In this document: one piece after another, positions 1-12,512 of the stretch
How the letters are laid out: each line of letters starts with the position of its first letter
Numbering within the stretch: position 1 is the stretch's first letter
Assembly: GCA_002779825.1 (NCBI GenBank)
Contig: PEVN01000512.1
Location: 7,826-71,825, forward strand
Reading direction: 5' to 3'
Origin: Armatimonadetes bacterium CG06_land_8_20_14_3_00_66_21
Lineage (GTDB): Bacteria; Armatimonadota; Abditibacteriia; CG2-30-66-41
DNA: 64,000 nt
Notes under the pieces: generated by a model
What the model saw: the letters and a program-made list of their open reading frames with translations, nothing else
The model's database searches: none
What the model was told of the DNA's origin: nothing
Translations under genes and position numbers: made by a program

Positions 1-142
1 GGCGCTCGACCGCACTGGCGGCTTGGAGGCCCTGCCCGGTCCCCTGGCGGGCTGGTCGCGCACGCGGGCCTTCCCGCCCTTCGCCAAGCGCTCCTTTGAT
101 CAGTGGTGGAAGGACACCCAAGGAGGGCAAGAGGTTGAGTAA
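1..142 (+). CDS. lutB: 3' end of LutB/LldF lactate-utilization Fe-S protein (partial)
   Basis: Frame 2 reads ...LPGPLAGWSRTRAFPPFAKRSFDQWWKD...GQEVE* (TAA 140-142). This resembles the LutB C-terminus and lies directly before a LutC-like gene. Confidence 0.7.
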   Translation, partial: ALDRTGGLEALPGPLAGWSRTRAFPPFAKRSFDQWWKDTQGGQEVE

Positions 143-824
143 GGAAAGCGTCTTGAACGCGGTGCGCGGAGCTCTGACCACAAGTCACGGCGCGGCGCCC
201 CCAGCCTACCCCGTCGAGCCGGCGCCGCGGTCCGCCGTGACCACAGACCCCGACGCCCTGTGCCGAGAGTTCGTGCAGGAATTTGACAAGCTGGCTCAGT
301 ACGAGGATCAGCGGTTCGGGGCGGCTTGGCGCGTGGCGTCCGTTGACGAGGCGCGTGCGCGCGTCTGCGCCCTGTTCGCGCGGGAGGATGTTCGCCAGGT
401 GTGCGCCTCGCCTTCGCCCCTGCTGGACGAAGTCCTGAGCGACGCCCTCCGCCAACAGGTGGACTTCACCCTCGCGACGACCCCAGAGACGGCCGGCGCA
501 AACCTGAGCACCTTCGACTTGGGCCTCACCGATTGCCTCTGTCTCTGCGCCCGAACGGGATCGATCCTGGCGTCTACGGCAGAGATGGTCAGCCGTGCCG
601 TGTCCCTGCTCCCGCCCGTGCACCTTGTGCTGGCGCGAGTCGGTCAGCTTGTCCCCGACATTCCCGACGCAATTGGCCTGATCGCCTCGATGCCGGGCTT
701 CCCCGACGACCTCCCCGCCGCCTACACCTTCATCACCGGGTCCAGTCGCACCAGCGACATCGAGAAGGTGCTGGTCGTGCCGGCACACGGGCCGCGCGAG
801 GTCTTCGTCATCATCCTGCCGTAG
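135..824 (+). CDS. lutC: LutC/YkgG (LUD domain) lactate utilization protein
   Basis: Motifs RAVSLLPPVHL and FITGSSRTSDIEKVLVVPAHGP. The TTG start at 135 follows AGGAGG (121-126) and overlaps the upstream stop. Confidence 0.85.
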   Translation: MSKESVLNAVRGALTTSHGAAPPAYPVEPAPRSAVTTDPDALCREFVQEFDKLAQYEDQRFGAAWRVASVDEARARVCALFAREDVRQVCASPSPLLDEVLSDALRQQVDFTLATTPETAGANLSTFDLGLTDCLCLCARTGSILASTAEMVSRAVSLLPPVHLVLARVGQLVPDIPDAIGLIASMPGFPDDLPAAYTFITGSSRTSDIEKVLVVPAHGPREVFVIILP

Positions 825-849
825 CCTCTCCTCTGCTGGCTCGTGGCCG

Positions 850-1275
850 CTACTCACGGACGAGGATCTTGAAGCGCTTGCCTTGCGGTGCTTCAGCGGC
901 GATGGCTTTCACGTCCGGCAGCCGGCTCAACAACAGGAATCCACCGAAGGACAGCAGCGCGCCGAGGAGGATGGTCAACTCGAAGGCGATGATGGTGTAG
1001 GGCAGGATCGACACATTTGGCTTGCCGCCGGTGATCAGCCCGTAGCGCAGCGCGGTGTAGATCGTGAAGGCGAACCCGAAGCCCCCGCCACTGATCGCGC
1101 CAATGTAGCTGAAGACCTTCAGCCAGCTAGGCTTGGACGACAGCAGATGCTCCGCCTCAGGCACCGGGAACGGCGTGCGCACCTCGAGGGTGTCTTTCGG
1201 CACGCCTTTCCTGACGAGGTCTTCGAGGGCTTGGACGAATTCGTGTTCGTCGTCGAATTCGAGTTGACGAGTCAT
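850..1275 (-). CDS. actD: Alternative complex III subunit ActD (DUF3341)
   Basis: MTRQLEFDDEH..., with TPFPV, GGKP and IIAFELTILLGAL motifs and two TM helices. Follows actC. Confidence 0.85.
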   Translation of the reverse strand: MTRQLEFDDEHEFVQALEDLVRKGVPKDTLEVRTPFPVPEAEHLLSSKPSWLKVFSYIGAISGGGFGFAFTIYTALRYGLITGGKPNVSILPYTIIAFELTILLGALLSFGGFLLLSRLPDVKAIAAEAPQGKRFKILVRE

Positions 1276-1370
1276 ACTCGGAACTCCCAATGGGTCCCCG
1301 CTGCGTAATGGACGCCACCTGGCCGGCAATGCGTGGGCGTGGGCGCCGAGCACTACTGGAGGAGCGGCGG

Positions 1371-2711
1371 TCACTTGGCTTGCCGCGCCTCCGCCTGCGC
1401 ATGCTCTTCCTCGATCTCGGTGATCGACAGCACCGGTAGCACCTTGCAGAACAGCAGGAACAGCATGAAGAACATGCCGAAGCTGCCGACGGTGATGCCG
1501 ATCTCGGTGAGGGACGGCTTGTAGTTGCCCCAGACATACGGGTTGAAATCGCGGGCCAGCGAAGAGACGATGATCACGAAGCGCTCGCACCACATGCCGA
1601 CATTGACGAAGAGCGAGAGCACAAACAGAAAGGCAACGTTCTCGCGGAGCCGCCGGAAGAAGATCCCCAGCGGCAGGAGCACATTGCACAGCACCATCCA
1701 GTAGAAGCCCACGCGGTACTCGCCGAAGGCGCGGAACAGGAAGTGCCCTTTCTCGTAGACGCTGCCGCTATACCACGCCATGAAGAACTCGACCCCGTAG
1801 GCATACCCGACGATCAACGAGGTCAGCAGCAGGAGTTGGGCGAGGCTCGCCAGGTGCTTGACGGTGATGTACTCCTCGAGCTTCAGGATCTTGCGCATGG
1901 GGATGACCAGCGTCAGGACCATTGCGCAGCCCGAGAGGATCGCGCCAGCGACGAAGTACGGGGCAAAGATGGTGGTGTGCCAGCCGGGGACGATGCTCAT
2001 GGCGAAGTCCCACGAGACGACTGAGTGGACCGACACGACCAACGGCGTGGCGAAGGCAGCCAGGACGATGTAGAGCTGGTGGTAGTGCTTCCACTGTCGC
2101 GGCGTGCCGTTCCAGCCAAGGGACGCGATGCCGCAGATCCAGCGTCGGATGCCGGTGGCGCGGTTCCGGGTGATGGCGAGGTCGGGGATCAAACCGACGT
2201 AGAAGAACACGGCGCTGACGGTGAAGTAGGTACTCACCGCGAACACGTCCCAGACCAGCGGCGACTTGAAGTTGACCCAGAGCTGCCGGCCGTTGGGATA
2301 GGGGAACAGCCAGTAGGCGAACCACACGCGCCCGAGGTGGATCAGCGGGTACAGCCCGGCGGTCATCACCGCGAACACCGTCATCGCTTCGGCGGCGCGA
2401 TTGAAGCGACTGCGGAACTTCGCCCGAAACAGAAACAACACGGCGGAGATCAGCGTGCCCGAGTGCGCGATACCGACCCAGAACACGAAGTTGGTGATGT
2501 AGACACCCCACCCGACGGGGTTGTTGATCCCCGCCATGCCCATGCCCTTCATGATCTGGTTCGCCCAGGCGGCCATGCCGCAGGCGAACACCAGTGCGCA
2601 GAACGCCACTGCCCCGAGATAGAAGAGACCGGGCTTCTTTATCGGGGCAAGGACGTCGCGCTCGACTTGCTCGGCGAAGACGACTGGTTGGGGTGTGGGT
2701 TGGGCTGCCAT
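1371..2711 (-). CDS. actC: Alternative complex III quinol-binding subunit ActC (NrfD/PsrC family)
   Basis: WGVYITNFVFWVGIAHSGTLIS, IHLGR, SPLVWDVFAV, VHSVVSWDFA and GWHTTIFAPYFVAGAI motifs. Start placed at MAAQP because the longer ORF only translates intergenic repeats. Confidence 0.93.
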   Translation of the reverse strand: MAAQPTPQPVVFAEQVERDVLAPIKKPGLFYLGAVAFCALVFACGMAAWANQIMKGMGMAGINNPVGWGVYITNFVFWVGIAHSGTLISAVLFLFRAKFRSRFNRAAEAMTVFAVMTAGLYPLIHLGRVWFAYWLFPYPNGRQLWVNFKSPLVWDVFAVSTYFTVSAVFFYVGLIPDLAITRNRATGIRRWICGIASLGWNGTPRQWKHYHQLYIVLAAFATPLVVSVHSVVSWDFAMSIVPGWHTTIFAPYFVAGAILSGCAMVLTLVIPMRKILKLEEYITVKHLASLAQLLLLTSLIVGYAYGVEFFMAWYSGSVYEKGHFLFRAFGEYRVGFYWMVLCNVLLPLGIFFRRLRENVAFLFVLSLFVNVGMWCERFVIIVSSLARDFNPYVWGNYKPSLTEIGITVGSFGMFFMLFLLFCKVLPVLSITEIEEEHAQAEARQAK

Positions 2712-2796
2712 GGTGGGAGGAGGCTGGATGGGAGCGATGGGACAAATGGGACCCATGGAGACCATCCGTCCTATGACTCCCACAGGTCCTATGCTT

Positions 2797-5742
<2,946 letters not shown>

Positions 5743-5803
5743 TCGGAGGGCTCCGGAAGGACCTCTGGGACCTCTGGGACCTGAACGACTCATGGAGCGA
5801 CGA

Positions 5804-6343
5804 TCACTTGTGGCAGGTGTAGCAGTCGACCGACGCCCCGTTCTGTCGGTGGCAGGAGACGCACCAGCCCATGGTCAACGAGCGCACTTGGCGGACGGTG
5901 GTCATCTCTTTGACTTGACCGTGGCACTCCTTGCACAGGTCGTTGGGCTGGATGCCTCTGTTGGTCTGGAAGAACTTCACATGGCGCTTGTGGCTGAAGT
6001 ACACGAAGGGCGGCAGGTTGTGCACTTTGCTCCACGGGATCGGCGCTTCGTTCTTCCAGTACTTGGTCAGCTTCTGGACGCCGGGCCGGTCGGTGGCCGC
6101 GCTCTCGTGACACGACATGCACTTGCTCATTGGCGGGATACCGGCGTGTTTGCCTTTGTCGACGTACTGGTGGCAGTCGGTGCACTTCAACCCGACGACC
6201 TGCACGTGCTTGACATGCGGGAACTCGATGGGCTGCACAGGCTTGCTCTTGTAGTCGTGCCAATAGGCCTTCAGTCCCAGCGTCGCCACCAACGCCAGGC
6301 TGAAGTACCCCGTGAGCACCGCCCCGCCGACGCGTTTGATCAT
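5804..6343 (-). CDS. actA: Pentaheme cytochrome c ActA
   Basis: N-terminal TM, QPIEFPH, and five CxxCH motifs (CTDCH, CMSCH, CKECH, CVSCH, CYTCH), with FVYFSHKRH and LTMGWC. Confidence 0.92.
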   Translation of the reverse strand: MIKRVGGAVLTGYFSLALVATLGLKAYWHDYKSKPVQPIEFPHVKHVQVVGLKCTDCHQYVDKGKHAGIPPMSKCMSCHESAATDRPGVQKLTKYWKNEAPIPWSKVHNLPPFVYFSHKRHVKFFQTNRGIQPNDLCKECHGQVKEMTTVRQVRSLTMGWCVSCHRQNGASVDCYTCHK

Positions 6344-7761
6344 TTGGCTTGTCCTGCTGTAGCCGCTGGGCTAGTGGGTTCGGGGACAGCGTTGGGCTGC
6401 GCTGGTGTCGCTGACTTGGTTTGTTGGCTTGACTCGCCGCCGCCCGGCTTCACGGGCGCGGTCCCCCCACCCACTTGCTGCAGCACGTAGGTCGCAACAT
6501 TGCGGATGTCTTTGGCAGATAGCCCCAGCTTCGGCATGTTGGGGAAGTCGGGCTGGATCTTCCGCGGGCTGGTAACGAAATCGATAAGGCCCTGCGGGTT
6601 GCCGGCGTACTTCTTCGCCGCCTCGCCCAGCGGCGGGCCGACGACCTTCTTGTCGAAGGCGTGACAGGTTGAGCAGACCTTCTTGAAGACTTGCTCCCCC
6701 AAGGTCCCGTCGCCAGCGGCGCTGCCGCCTTCCGCCTCTTCCATGGCGGCTTCGTACTTGGCCAACGCCTCTTCCCTTTCGGCGTCCATCTGCGCGACAA
6801 GGAGGGCGTTCTCTTCGGTGAGCGCGGTGGCGCGCGCCCCGCTGTCCTGCACGAACACCGTCACGACAGCGATCCCCAACAGCACCAGCGCTTGCACGCC
6901 GACGCGAGGGCGGGCTTCAACGTCGGTGATCACGCTCCACAGCTTGTGGGCACCGAGGCACAGGAACACGAGGCAGACCAGAATGGCGTTGTAGAACCCA
7001 GCCGATCGCGCAACTACAGGGGTGTGAACCGAGTGGAATGCCATCAGCAGCGGAAGCCCCATCGAGGCACCCAGCGCATGGGCGGCGCCGTGCTTCCGCA
7101 AGGTCGCAACGAACTGCGCGTCGTCTTCGTCGTCCGGGTTAGGCGTCAGCAGCACGAGCCGGACACCGACGGCAATCCCGGCGAAGCAAAGGAACTGCAG
7201 GAACTTGGCGAGTGCGTGCCAGGAGAACATCACCTGGCACGGCAGCACCATGAACCGCCAATACTCGGGATCGTACAACAGCGAAATGCTCCCGATGAAC
7301 ACCAGGTAGGTGGCCAGGAACACGCCCAACGCAGCCAATGCCAGCGGCAGGCGCTTCAGGACGGAAACGTCTGCCTGCACCGTCTTTGCGTACGCGTGCA
7401 GCAGACCGAAGGCGACGACGGCGCCCCCGAGAACCAGTGCCACAAACCGCACAGGATTGTGGGCGAAGTCGGGTACGATCTGCGCGCACGTGAACAGGAT
7501 CACCGGGATTGGCAGGATGCCGAGGGTGAGCATGGCCGCCGGCGTGCCGAGGGTCTCCATGACGACTCGCCGCGCAGCGCGCCGCGCGAACGCGTCGCCG
7601 TTCGCCACAGCGAATCCGCTGAACAGCACCGACAACGCGGTGCCCCCAACCACCAGCCCGACGTAGAGGACGTGCACCAGCAGCACTGCAAACAGAACGA
7701 AGTGCAGCAGCGCGAGGTGCTCGCTGGTTGGGTGGGCGATGAGTTTGTTGAGAGAGTCCAT
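6340..7761 (-). CDS. Polytopic membrane protein with C-terminal class I monoheme cytochrome c
   Basis: Many hydrophobic segments over roughly the first 310 aa, then GEQVFKKVCSTCHAFDKKVVGP...FPNMP. The stop overlaps the actA start. Confidence 0.8.
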   Translation of the reverse strand: MDSLNKLIAHPTSEHLALLHFVLFAVLLVHVLYVGLVVGGTALSVLFSGFAVANGDAFARRAARRVVMETLGTPAAMLTLGILPIPVILFTCAQIVPDFAHNPVRFVALVLGGAVVAFGLLHAYAKTVQADVSVLKRLPLALAALGVFLATYLVFIGSISLLYDPEYWRFMVLPCQVMFSWHALAKFLQFLCFAGIAVGVRLVLLTPNPDDEDDAQFVATLRKHGAAHALGASMGLPLLMAFHSVHTPVVARSAGFYNAILVCLVFLCLGAHKLWSVITDVEARPRVGVQALVLLGIAVVTVFVQDSGARATALTEENALLVAQMDAEREEALAKYEAAMEEAEGGSAAGDGTLGEQVFKKVCSTCHAFDKKVVGPPLGEAAKKYAGNPQGLIDFVTSPRKIQPDFPNMPKLGLSAKDIRNVATYVLQQVGGGTAPVKPGGGESSQQTKSATPAQPNAVPEPTSPAATAGQAK

Positions 7762-7795
7762 GGGGAGCTGTCAGCGGTCAGCTATCAGCAACTAG

Positions 7796-8659
7796 TTACG
7801 GCCGAAGGGCGCCGGTCAGCAACAGCGTGCAAACAACCACACCGGCGTAGAGATTCATCTGCCGGAAGCCGAAGTTCGCGGGCAACGGCTGGTGGGGCAG
7901 CTTCAGCAGTTCTGCGGCGGCGGCGGTGAGCCAGAGCCCGGCGCCGAGCAGCACCCAAACCAGCAGGTACGAGTGCACCGAGGCGTACACCGGGATCAGC
8001 AGGCAGCACACGGCGGCGGCGACGATCCAAGCAAAGGTCGTGCGGGCCAACTGGGCGGCGGTCAGGCGCGTGGTCAGCGACGGCAGGCCGGCCCGCTGGT
8101 AGTCCTCGCCGTGATGCAACAATAGCAACCAGAAGTGCGGCACTTGCCAGAGGAAGAAGAACAGCCCGATAGCCCACAGAGCGGGGCTGAGCAAGCTGCC
8201 CCCGGCGGCGGTCCAGCCGACGGCCGGCGGAACCGCGCCGATCAGCGCGCCCGGAATCGCCGCAAACGCCGTGCGCCGTTTCAGCGGCGTGTACACGGCG
8301 TTGTACCAAACCGCGGCCGCAACTCCGAGACCGGCCGGCAGTGCTCCGCAGCCAAGGAACAGCGTCACAGTCCCAAGCCCCAGCAGTGCCGCGATCAGTG
8401 CTGCCGCGTGCTGCAGTCGCACCGTTCCCAGTGCCAATGGCCGCGAAGCGGTTCTGGCCATCTGCCGGTCCAAGTGTCGTTCTTGGTACTCGTTGAGCGC
8501 ACACGCTCCGCAGGCCAGTAGGAGAATGCCGCCGGCAACTGTAGCGGCAGCGGCGAGGGCCTCGCTGTCCCGCAAGAGGGCGCCCATCCCTGCAGACAAC
8601 GCGCCCAAGAAGGCGATCCGGGCCTTTGTCAGTTGTGCCAGGCTGCGGAGCAGTTGCAT
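7796..8659 (-). CDS. ctaB: Protoheme IX farnesyltransferase (heme o synthase)
   Basis: LTKARI, NEYQERHLDRQMARTASRPL, YTPLKRRT, GALIGAVPP and WQVPHF motifs. Confidence 0.93.
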   Translation of the reverse strand: MQLLRSLAQLTKARIAFLGALSAGMGALLRDSEALAAAATVAGGILLLACGACALNEYQERHLDRQMARTASRPLALGTVRLQHAAALIAALLGLGTVTLFLGCGALPAGLGVAAAVWYNAVYTPLKRRTAFAAIPGALIGAVPPAVGWTAAGGSLLSPALWAIGLFFFLWQVPHFWLLLLHHGEDYQRAGLPSLTTRLTAAQLARTTFAWIVAAAVCCLLIPVYASVHSYLLVWVLLGAGLWLTAAAAELLKLPHQPLPANFGFRQMNLYAGVVVCTLLLTGALRP

Positions 8660-8678
8660 GGATGAATCCGGGACTGCG

Positions 8679-9644
8679 CTACTTGAGCGTCTTCAGGTAT
8701 GCCAAGAGGGCGGTGGTCTCTTTGTCTGTGAGCTTGGGAGGGGACATCCGCGGCTGGAAGCCCTTCACGATCTCCGCCTCGGGCGCAGCGATGGACTTTC
8801 GCACATAGGCTTCGTCCGCCACCACGGTCTTCGGTTTGCCACCGACAAGGACTGTCACTTCCCGGCCGAAGAGCCCCTTGAACGTCGGTCCGGTCAGCTT
8901 CGTGCCGTCGCGACTGTGGCACGCAAAACAGCCGTTGCGGTTAGCGAGGGCCGCCCCTTCGGCGACGAGTGGGTCGGCCTTCTCGGCCTCCATGGGCTTC
9001 GCCGCCGCCGGCGTCGATGTCGCACTCGCAGCAAGCGACGGCGCCTTGCTCTTGTACCAGCGGGTGAACTCCGCCTCAGGCATCACGATGACCTTTGACA
9101 GCATCTTTGAGTGGTCGACGCCACAGTACTCGGCGCACATGAGGTCGAACTCGCCCAGCGAGGTTGGTTCGAACCAGGCCACGTTCTCCTTGCCGGGGAC
9201 CACGTCTTTCTTGATCCGGAAGGCCGGCACGTAGAAGCTGTGAATGACATCGTTGGAGCGAAGCAGCACCTTCACCGGCTTGCCCAGCGGCACCCGGAGC
9301 ACGTCGGTCTGGAGGCCGTTCTCATACGCGAAGCTCCAGCGCCACATCATCGCGGTGACCTTCACCGCCATGGCGTCCTGGGGGACGTTGCGCATCGTCC
9401 GGTACCCGAGGAAGCCGTAGTAGAACATCACCATCACAATGGCCAGGGGGATGACCGTCCAGAGAACCTCCAGCCAGGTGTTGCCCTCAATGTCCGTCGG
9501 CGTCGGGTTCCGCTTGTGGTTGTACCGGATGACGAAGTAGCTCATCAGCCCGGTGATCGCCACCAGCAGAAGCGTCGAGACGCCGACGATGAAGTAGAAG
9601 GCTGCGTCAACTTGCGAGGCGACTGTTGACGACTGCGTGAGCAT
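8679..9644 (-). CDS. coxB: Cytochrome c oxidase subunit II with fused cytochrome c domain
   Basis: LEVLWTVIP, DVIHSF, CuA motif CAEYCGVDHSKM, and C-terminal CFACH...GPTFKG...M. Confidence 0.95.
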   Translation of the reverse strand: MLTQSSTVASQVDAAFYFIVGVSTLLLVAITGLMSYFVIRYNHKRNPTPTDIEGNTWLEVLWTVIPLAIVMVMFYYGFLGYRTMRNVPQDAMAVKVTAMMWRWSFAYENGLQTDVLRVPLGKPVKVLLRSNDVIHSFYVPAFRIKKDVVPGKENVAWFEPTSLGEFDLMCAEYCGVDHSKMLSKVIVMPEAEFTRWYKSKAPSLAASATSTPAAAKPMEAEKADPLVAEGAALANRNGCFACHSRDGTKLTGPTFKGLFGREVTVLVGGKPKTVVADEAYVRKSIAAPEAEIVKGFQPRMSPPKLTDKETTALLAYLKTLK

Positions 9645-9653
9645 GAAGGGACC

Positions 9654-9950
9654 TCACCTGAAGGAAACGTCCAGAAACGTGATGCCGATGAAGACTGCGA
9701 GCGTAACGGCCGCAATGAGCAGCACGTTGCGGTAGAGCGGCTCGTCGTACCTGAGATGCATGAAGATGGAGAGCACCAGCCCCGTCTTGCAGGAGGCGAT
9801 GAGCAACGCCGCCAGCACATTGAACTTGCCGAAGTGGATGCCGGCCGTCGCTAACGTCAGCGCGGTCAGCAGGAGCAGCGCGCCCCAGATCAGGAAGTAG
9901 GTGCTGTACGGCACGAGGTGCTGTTCAGTTGTGTGATCAGAGGCGTTCAT
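9654..9950 (-). CDS. coxD: Cytochrome c oxidase subunit IV
   Basis: 98 aa with three TM helices and an IASCKTGLVLSIFMHLRY motif, located between subunits III and II. Confidence 0.88.
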   Translation of the reverse strand: MNASDHTTEQHLVPYSTYFLIWGALLLLTALTLATAGIHFGKFNVLAALLIASCKTGLVLSIFMHLRYDEPLYRNVLLIAAVTLAVFIGITFLDVSFR

Positions 9951-9982
9951 CGGGTCGTATCGGTCCCATGGGTCCCATGGTC

Positions 9983-10777
9983 TTAGCTAACCAGATACAG
10001 CAACGGGAACAGGAAGATCCAGATGACGTCCACCAAGTGCCAGTACAGCCCCGCCAGCTCCAGCCCGCCGTAGTCGGCGTACGTGACGTTCTCCGGCGAG
10101 GCGTGCAGCTTGAGGCTCACGGACACCTCCCGAACCGAGTCGTCGATCAGATCACCGGTCCAGAGGCGCTGACCCTGATCGTTGGTTAGCGTAACGCGGC
10201 CGCCGCGCAGCTTGTTGAGTTCGTCCGGCAGTGCCCATCGCTCAACCCGCTCCGGCTTTCGCGCGATGACGATGGCCATCCAGGCGAGCACAGCCATGCC
10301 GACCAGCACGTGGAACCCGTGCAGCCCGGTCATGGAGTAGTACAGACCGTAGAACACCTGCTCGCCGGAGGATTGCTCGCCAAGGGCAGGGGAATTGGGG
10401 AAGATGCCGTGGTGCATCTTCGCCGTCCACTCGAAGTACTTGTTCACCATGAACAGAGCGCCCAGGGCGATGGTCGCGAGCAGGCAGCCCAGCGCGACCT
10501 TCTTCTGCCCGCGCTGCAGGGCCCCGATGGAGAGCGCCATCGTCAGGCTGCTCGTCAGCAGGATCGCCGTGTTCAAGGTGCCGATCAGCACATTGAGCTG
10601 CAGCGCCGCGTGGTGGAACTCCGTTGGGTTTTTCGCGCGGTACACCGAGTACAGCAGGAACAACCCACCAAACAACAGCAGTTCCGTCAGCAGGAACAGC
10701 CACATGCCGAGCTTGGAGCCGATGGAGTCGGTGTGATGCTCGTGTTCGAGGGAGAGTTGTGCGGTGGCTTCGGCCAT
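9983..10777 (-). CDS. coxC: Cytochrome c oxidase subunit III (with extra loop insertion)
   Basis: GMWLFLLTELLLFGGLF, NTAILLTSS, TGLHGFHV and GLYWHLVDVIWIFLFPLLY motifs. Confidence 0.93.
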   Translation of the reverse strand: MAEATAQLSLEHEHHTDSIGSKLGMWLFLLTELLLFGGLFLLYSVYRAKNPTEFHHAALQLNVLIGTLNTAILLTSSLTMALSIGALQRGQKKVALGCLLATIALGALFMVNKYFEWTAKMHHGIFPNSPALGEQSSGEQVFYGLYYSMTGLHGFHVLVGMAVLAWMAIVIARKPERVERWALPDELNKLRGGRVTLTNDQGQRLWTGDLIDDSVREVSVSLKLHASPENVTYADYGGLELAGLYWHLVDVIWIFLFPLLYLVS

Positions 10778-10840
10778 GGTTTGGGCGAGGGGAGCTATGG
10801 GACTCATGGGACCTGTAGGTCCCATTCTTCCTATCCAGTC

Positions 10841-12478
10841 CTATCCAGCCCCCTCCAGTCTCCTGAAGTCATACGGCCCGGAATCCACTCTGGGGATCTC
10901 GTGGAAGTTCTCCAGCGGTGGCGGAGAACTGGTCTGCCACTCCAGAGTTGCGGCTCCCCACGGGTTGGCTTCGGCCTTCTCGCCGTGCTTCATGGAGCGG
11001 ATCAGGTTGTAGGCCATCACGATGAGGCCGGCGACGAGAATCCAGGAACCGATGGTCGAAGTCAGGTGATACGGATGGAACCGGGGCAGATAGTCGTAGT
11101 AGCGGCGAGGCATGCCCAGCCAGCCCATCACCAGCATGGGGAAGTACAGCGTGTTGAACCCGACAAAGATGGTGGCCATGGCGACGTAGGCGAGCTTCCG
11201 GTTGTACATGCGGCCGAACATCTTCGGGAACCAGTAGTGCACCGCCGCGAAGAACGCTATGCCGGTTCCGCCAAACATGACGTAGTGGAAGTGCCCCACG
11301 ACAAACGCCGTGTCGTGGATTTGCACATCCACGGACAGGGCGCCGTTCATCAGGCCGGTGAACCCACCGATCATGAACAGGAAGATGAACATCAAGGCGA
11401 ACATCAGTGGCGGCTCGGGATGGATCGACCCCTTGTACAGCGTCGACACCCAGTTGAACACTTTGATGGCGCTGGGGATGGCGACGACGAAGGTGAGGAA
11501 CGAGAAGACGATTCCGGCCAGGTCGCTCTGGCCGCTGACAAACATGTGGTGCCCCCACACCAGTGACCCAAGCCCGGCAATGGCCATGCTCGACATCGCG
11601 ATGGCCATGTAGCCGAACACCGTGCGGCGCGCGAAAACCGGGATGATCTCCGTGATGGCGCCCATGGCCGGCAGGATCATCACGTACACCGCGGGGTGCG
11701 AGTAGATCCAGAACAGGTGCTGGTAGAGAATCGGGTCGCCGCCCTTGGCCGGATCGAAGATGCCGACGCCAAATACGCGCTCCAGCATGACCAGCAACAG
11801 CGTGATGCCCAGCACGGGCGTCGCCAGGATCTGCACCCAACCCGTGGCGTAGAGCGACCAGACGAACAGCGGCAGTCGCCGCCAGGTCATGCCGGGCGCC
11901 CGCAACCGGTGAACGGTCGTCACGAAATTGATCCCCGTCAGAATCGACGAGAACCCGAGGATGAACGCACCCAGAATCGCCATGGTCACGTTGGTGTTCG
12001 TGCGCATGGCGTAGGGCACGTAGAAGGTCCAACCGGTGTCGGGCGGGCCGCCCATGGTGAAGAGCGAGACAACGGCGGTCACTGCCCCGATCATGTAGAG
12101 CCACCACGAGAGCAGGTTCAGCTTGGGGAAGGCGACATCCTTCGCCCCGATCTGCAGCGGCAGCAGGAAGTTCCCAAAACACGCCGGCAGCCCGGGCACG
12201 ATGAACAGGAAGATCATGATCACGCCGTGCACCGTGAAGCACGCGTTGTACATCTGCGGCCCCATCAACTGCCGCCCGGGCGCGATCAACTCCAGCCGCA
12301 TCAGCACACCGATGAGGGCTGCCACGGAGAAGAACGAGAGCTGCCCTGCCAGGTACATCAGACCGATCCGCTTGTGGTCGGTCGAGAAGAGCCAGGATAG
12401 GAGGCCCGAGTACTTGTTGCCCGACTCCTCGTAGAAGCTCAGTTCTTCGTGTGTTGTCGCAGTGGCTTCGACTGCCAT
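10841..12478 (-). CDS. coxA: Heme-copper oxidase subunit I, A2 type
   Basis: TDHKRIG, HGVIMIF, DVAFPKLN, YSHPAVY (YS motif of A2 enzymes), WGHHM, VGHFHY and GMPRRY motifs. Confidence 0.97.
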   Translation of the reverse strand: MAVEATATTHEELSFYEESGNKYSGLLSWLFSTDHKRIGLMYLAGQLSFFSVAALIGVLMRLELIAPGRQLMGPQMYNACFTVHGVIMIFLFIVPGLPACFGNFLLPLQIGAKDVAFPKLNLLSWWLYMIGAVTAVVSLFTMGGPPDTGWTFYVPYAMRTNTNVTMAILGAFILGFSSILTGINFVTTVHRLRAPGMTWRRLPLFVWSLYATGWVQILATPVLGITLLLVMLERVFGVGIFDPAKGGDPILYQHLFWIYSHPAVYVMILPAMGAITEIIPVFARRTVFGYMAIAMSSMAIAGLGSLVWGHHMFVSGQSDLAGIVFSFLTFVVAIPSAIKVFNWVSTLYKGSIHPEPPLMFALMFIFLFMIGGFTGLMNGALSVDVQIHDTAFVVGHFHYVMFGGTGIAFFAAVHYWFPKMFGRMYNRKLAYVAMATIFVGFNTLYFPMLVMGWLGMPRRYYDYLPRFHPYHLTSTIGSWILVAGLIVMAYNLIRSMKHGEKAEANPWGAATLEWQTSSPPPLENFHEIPRVDSGPYDFRRLEGAG

Positions 12479-12512
12479 TGGGTTCGGTCCTTGGTCGGTC
12501 CGCTCTGTCAGC

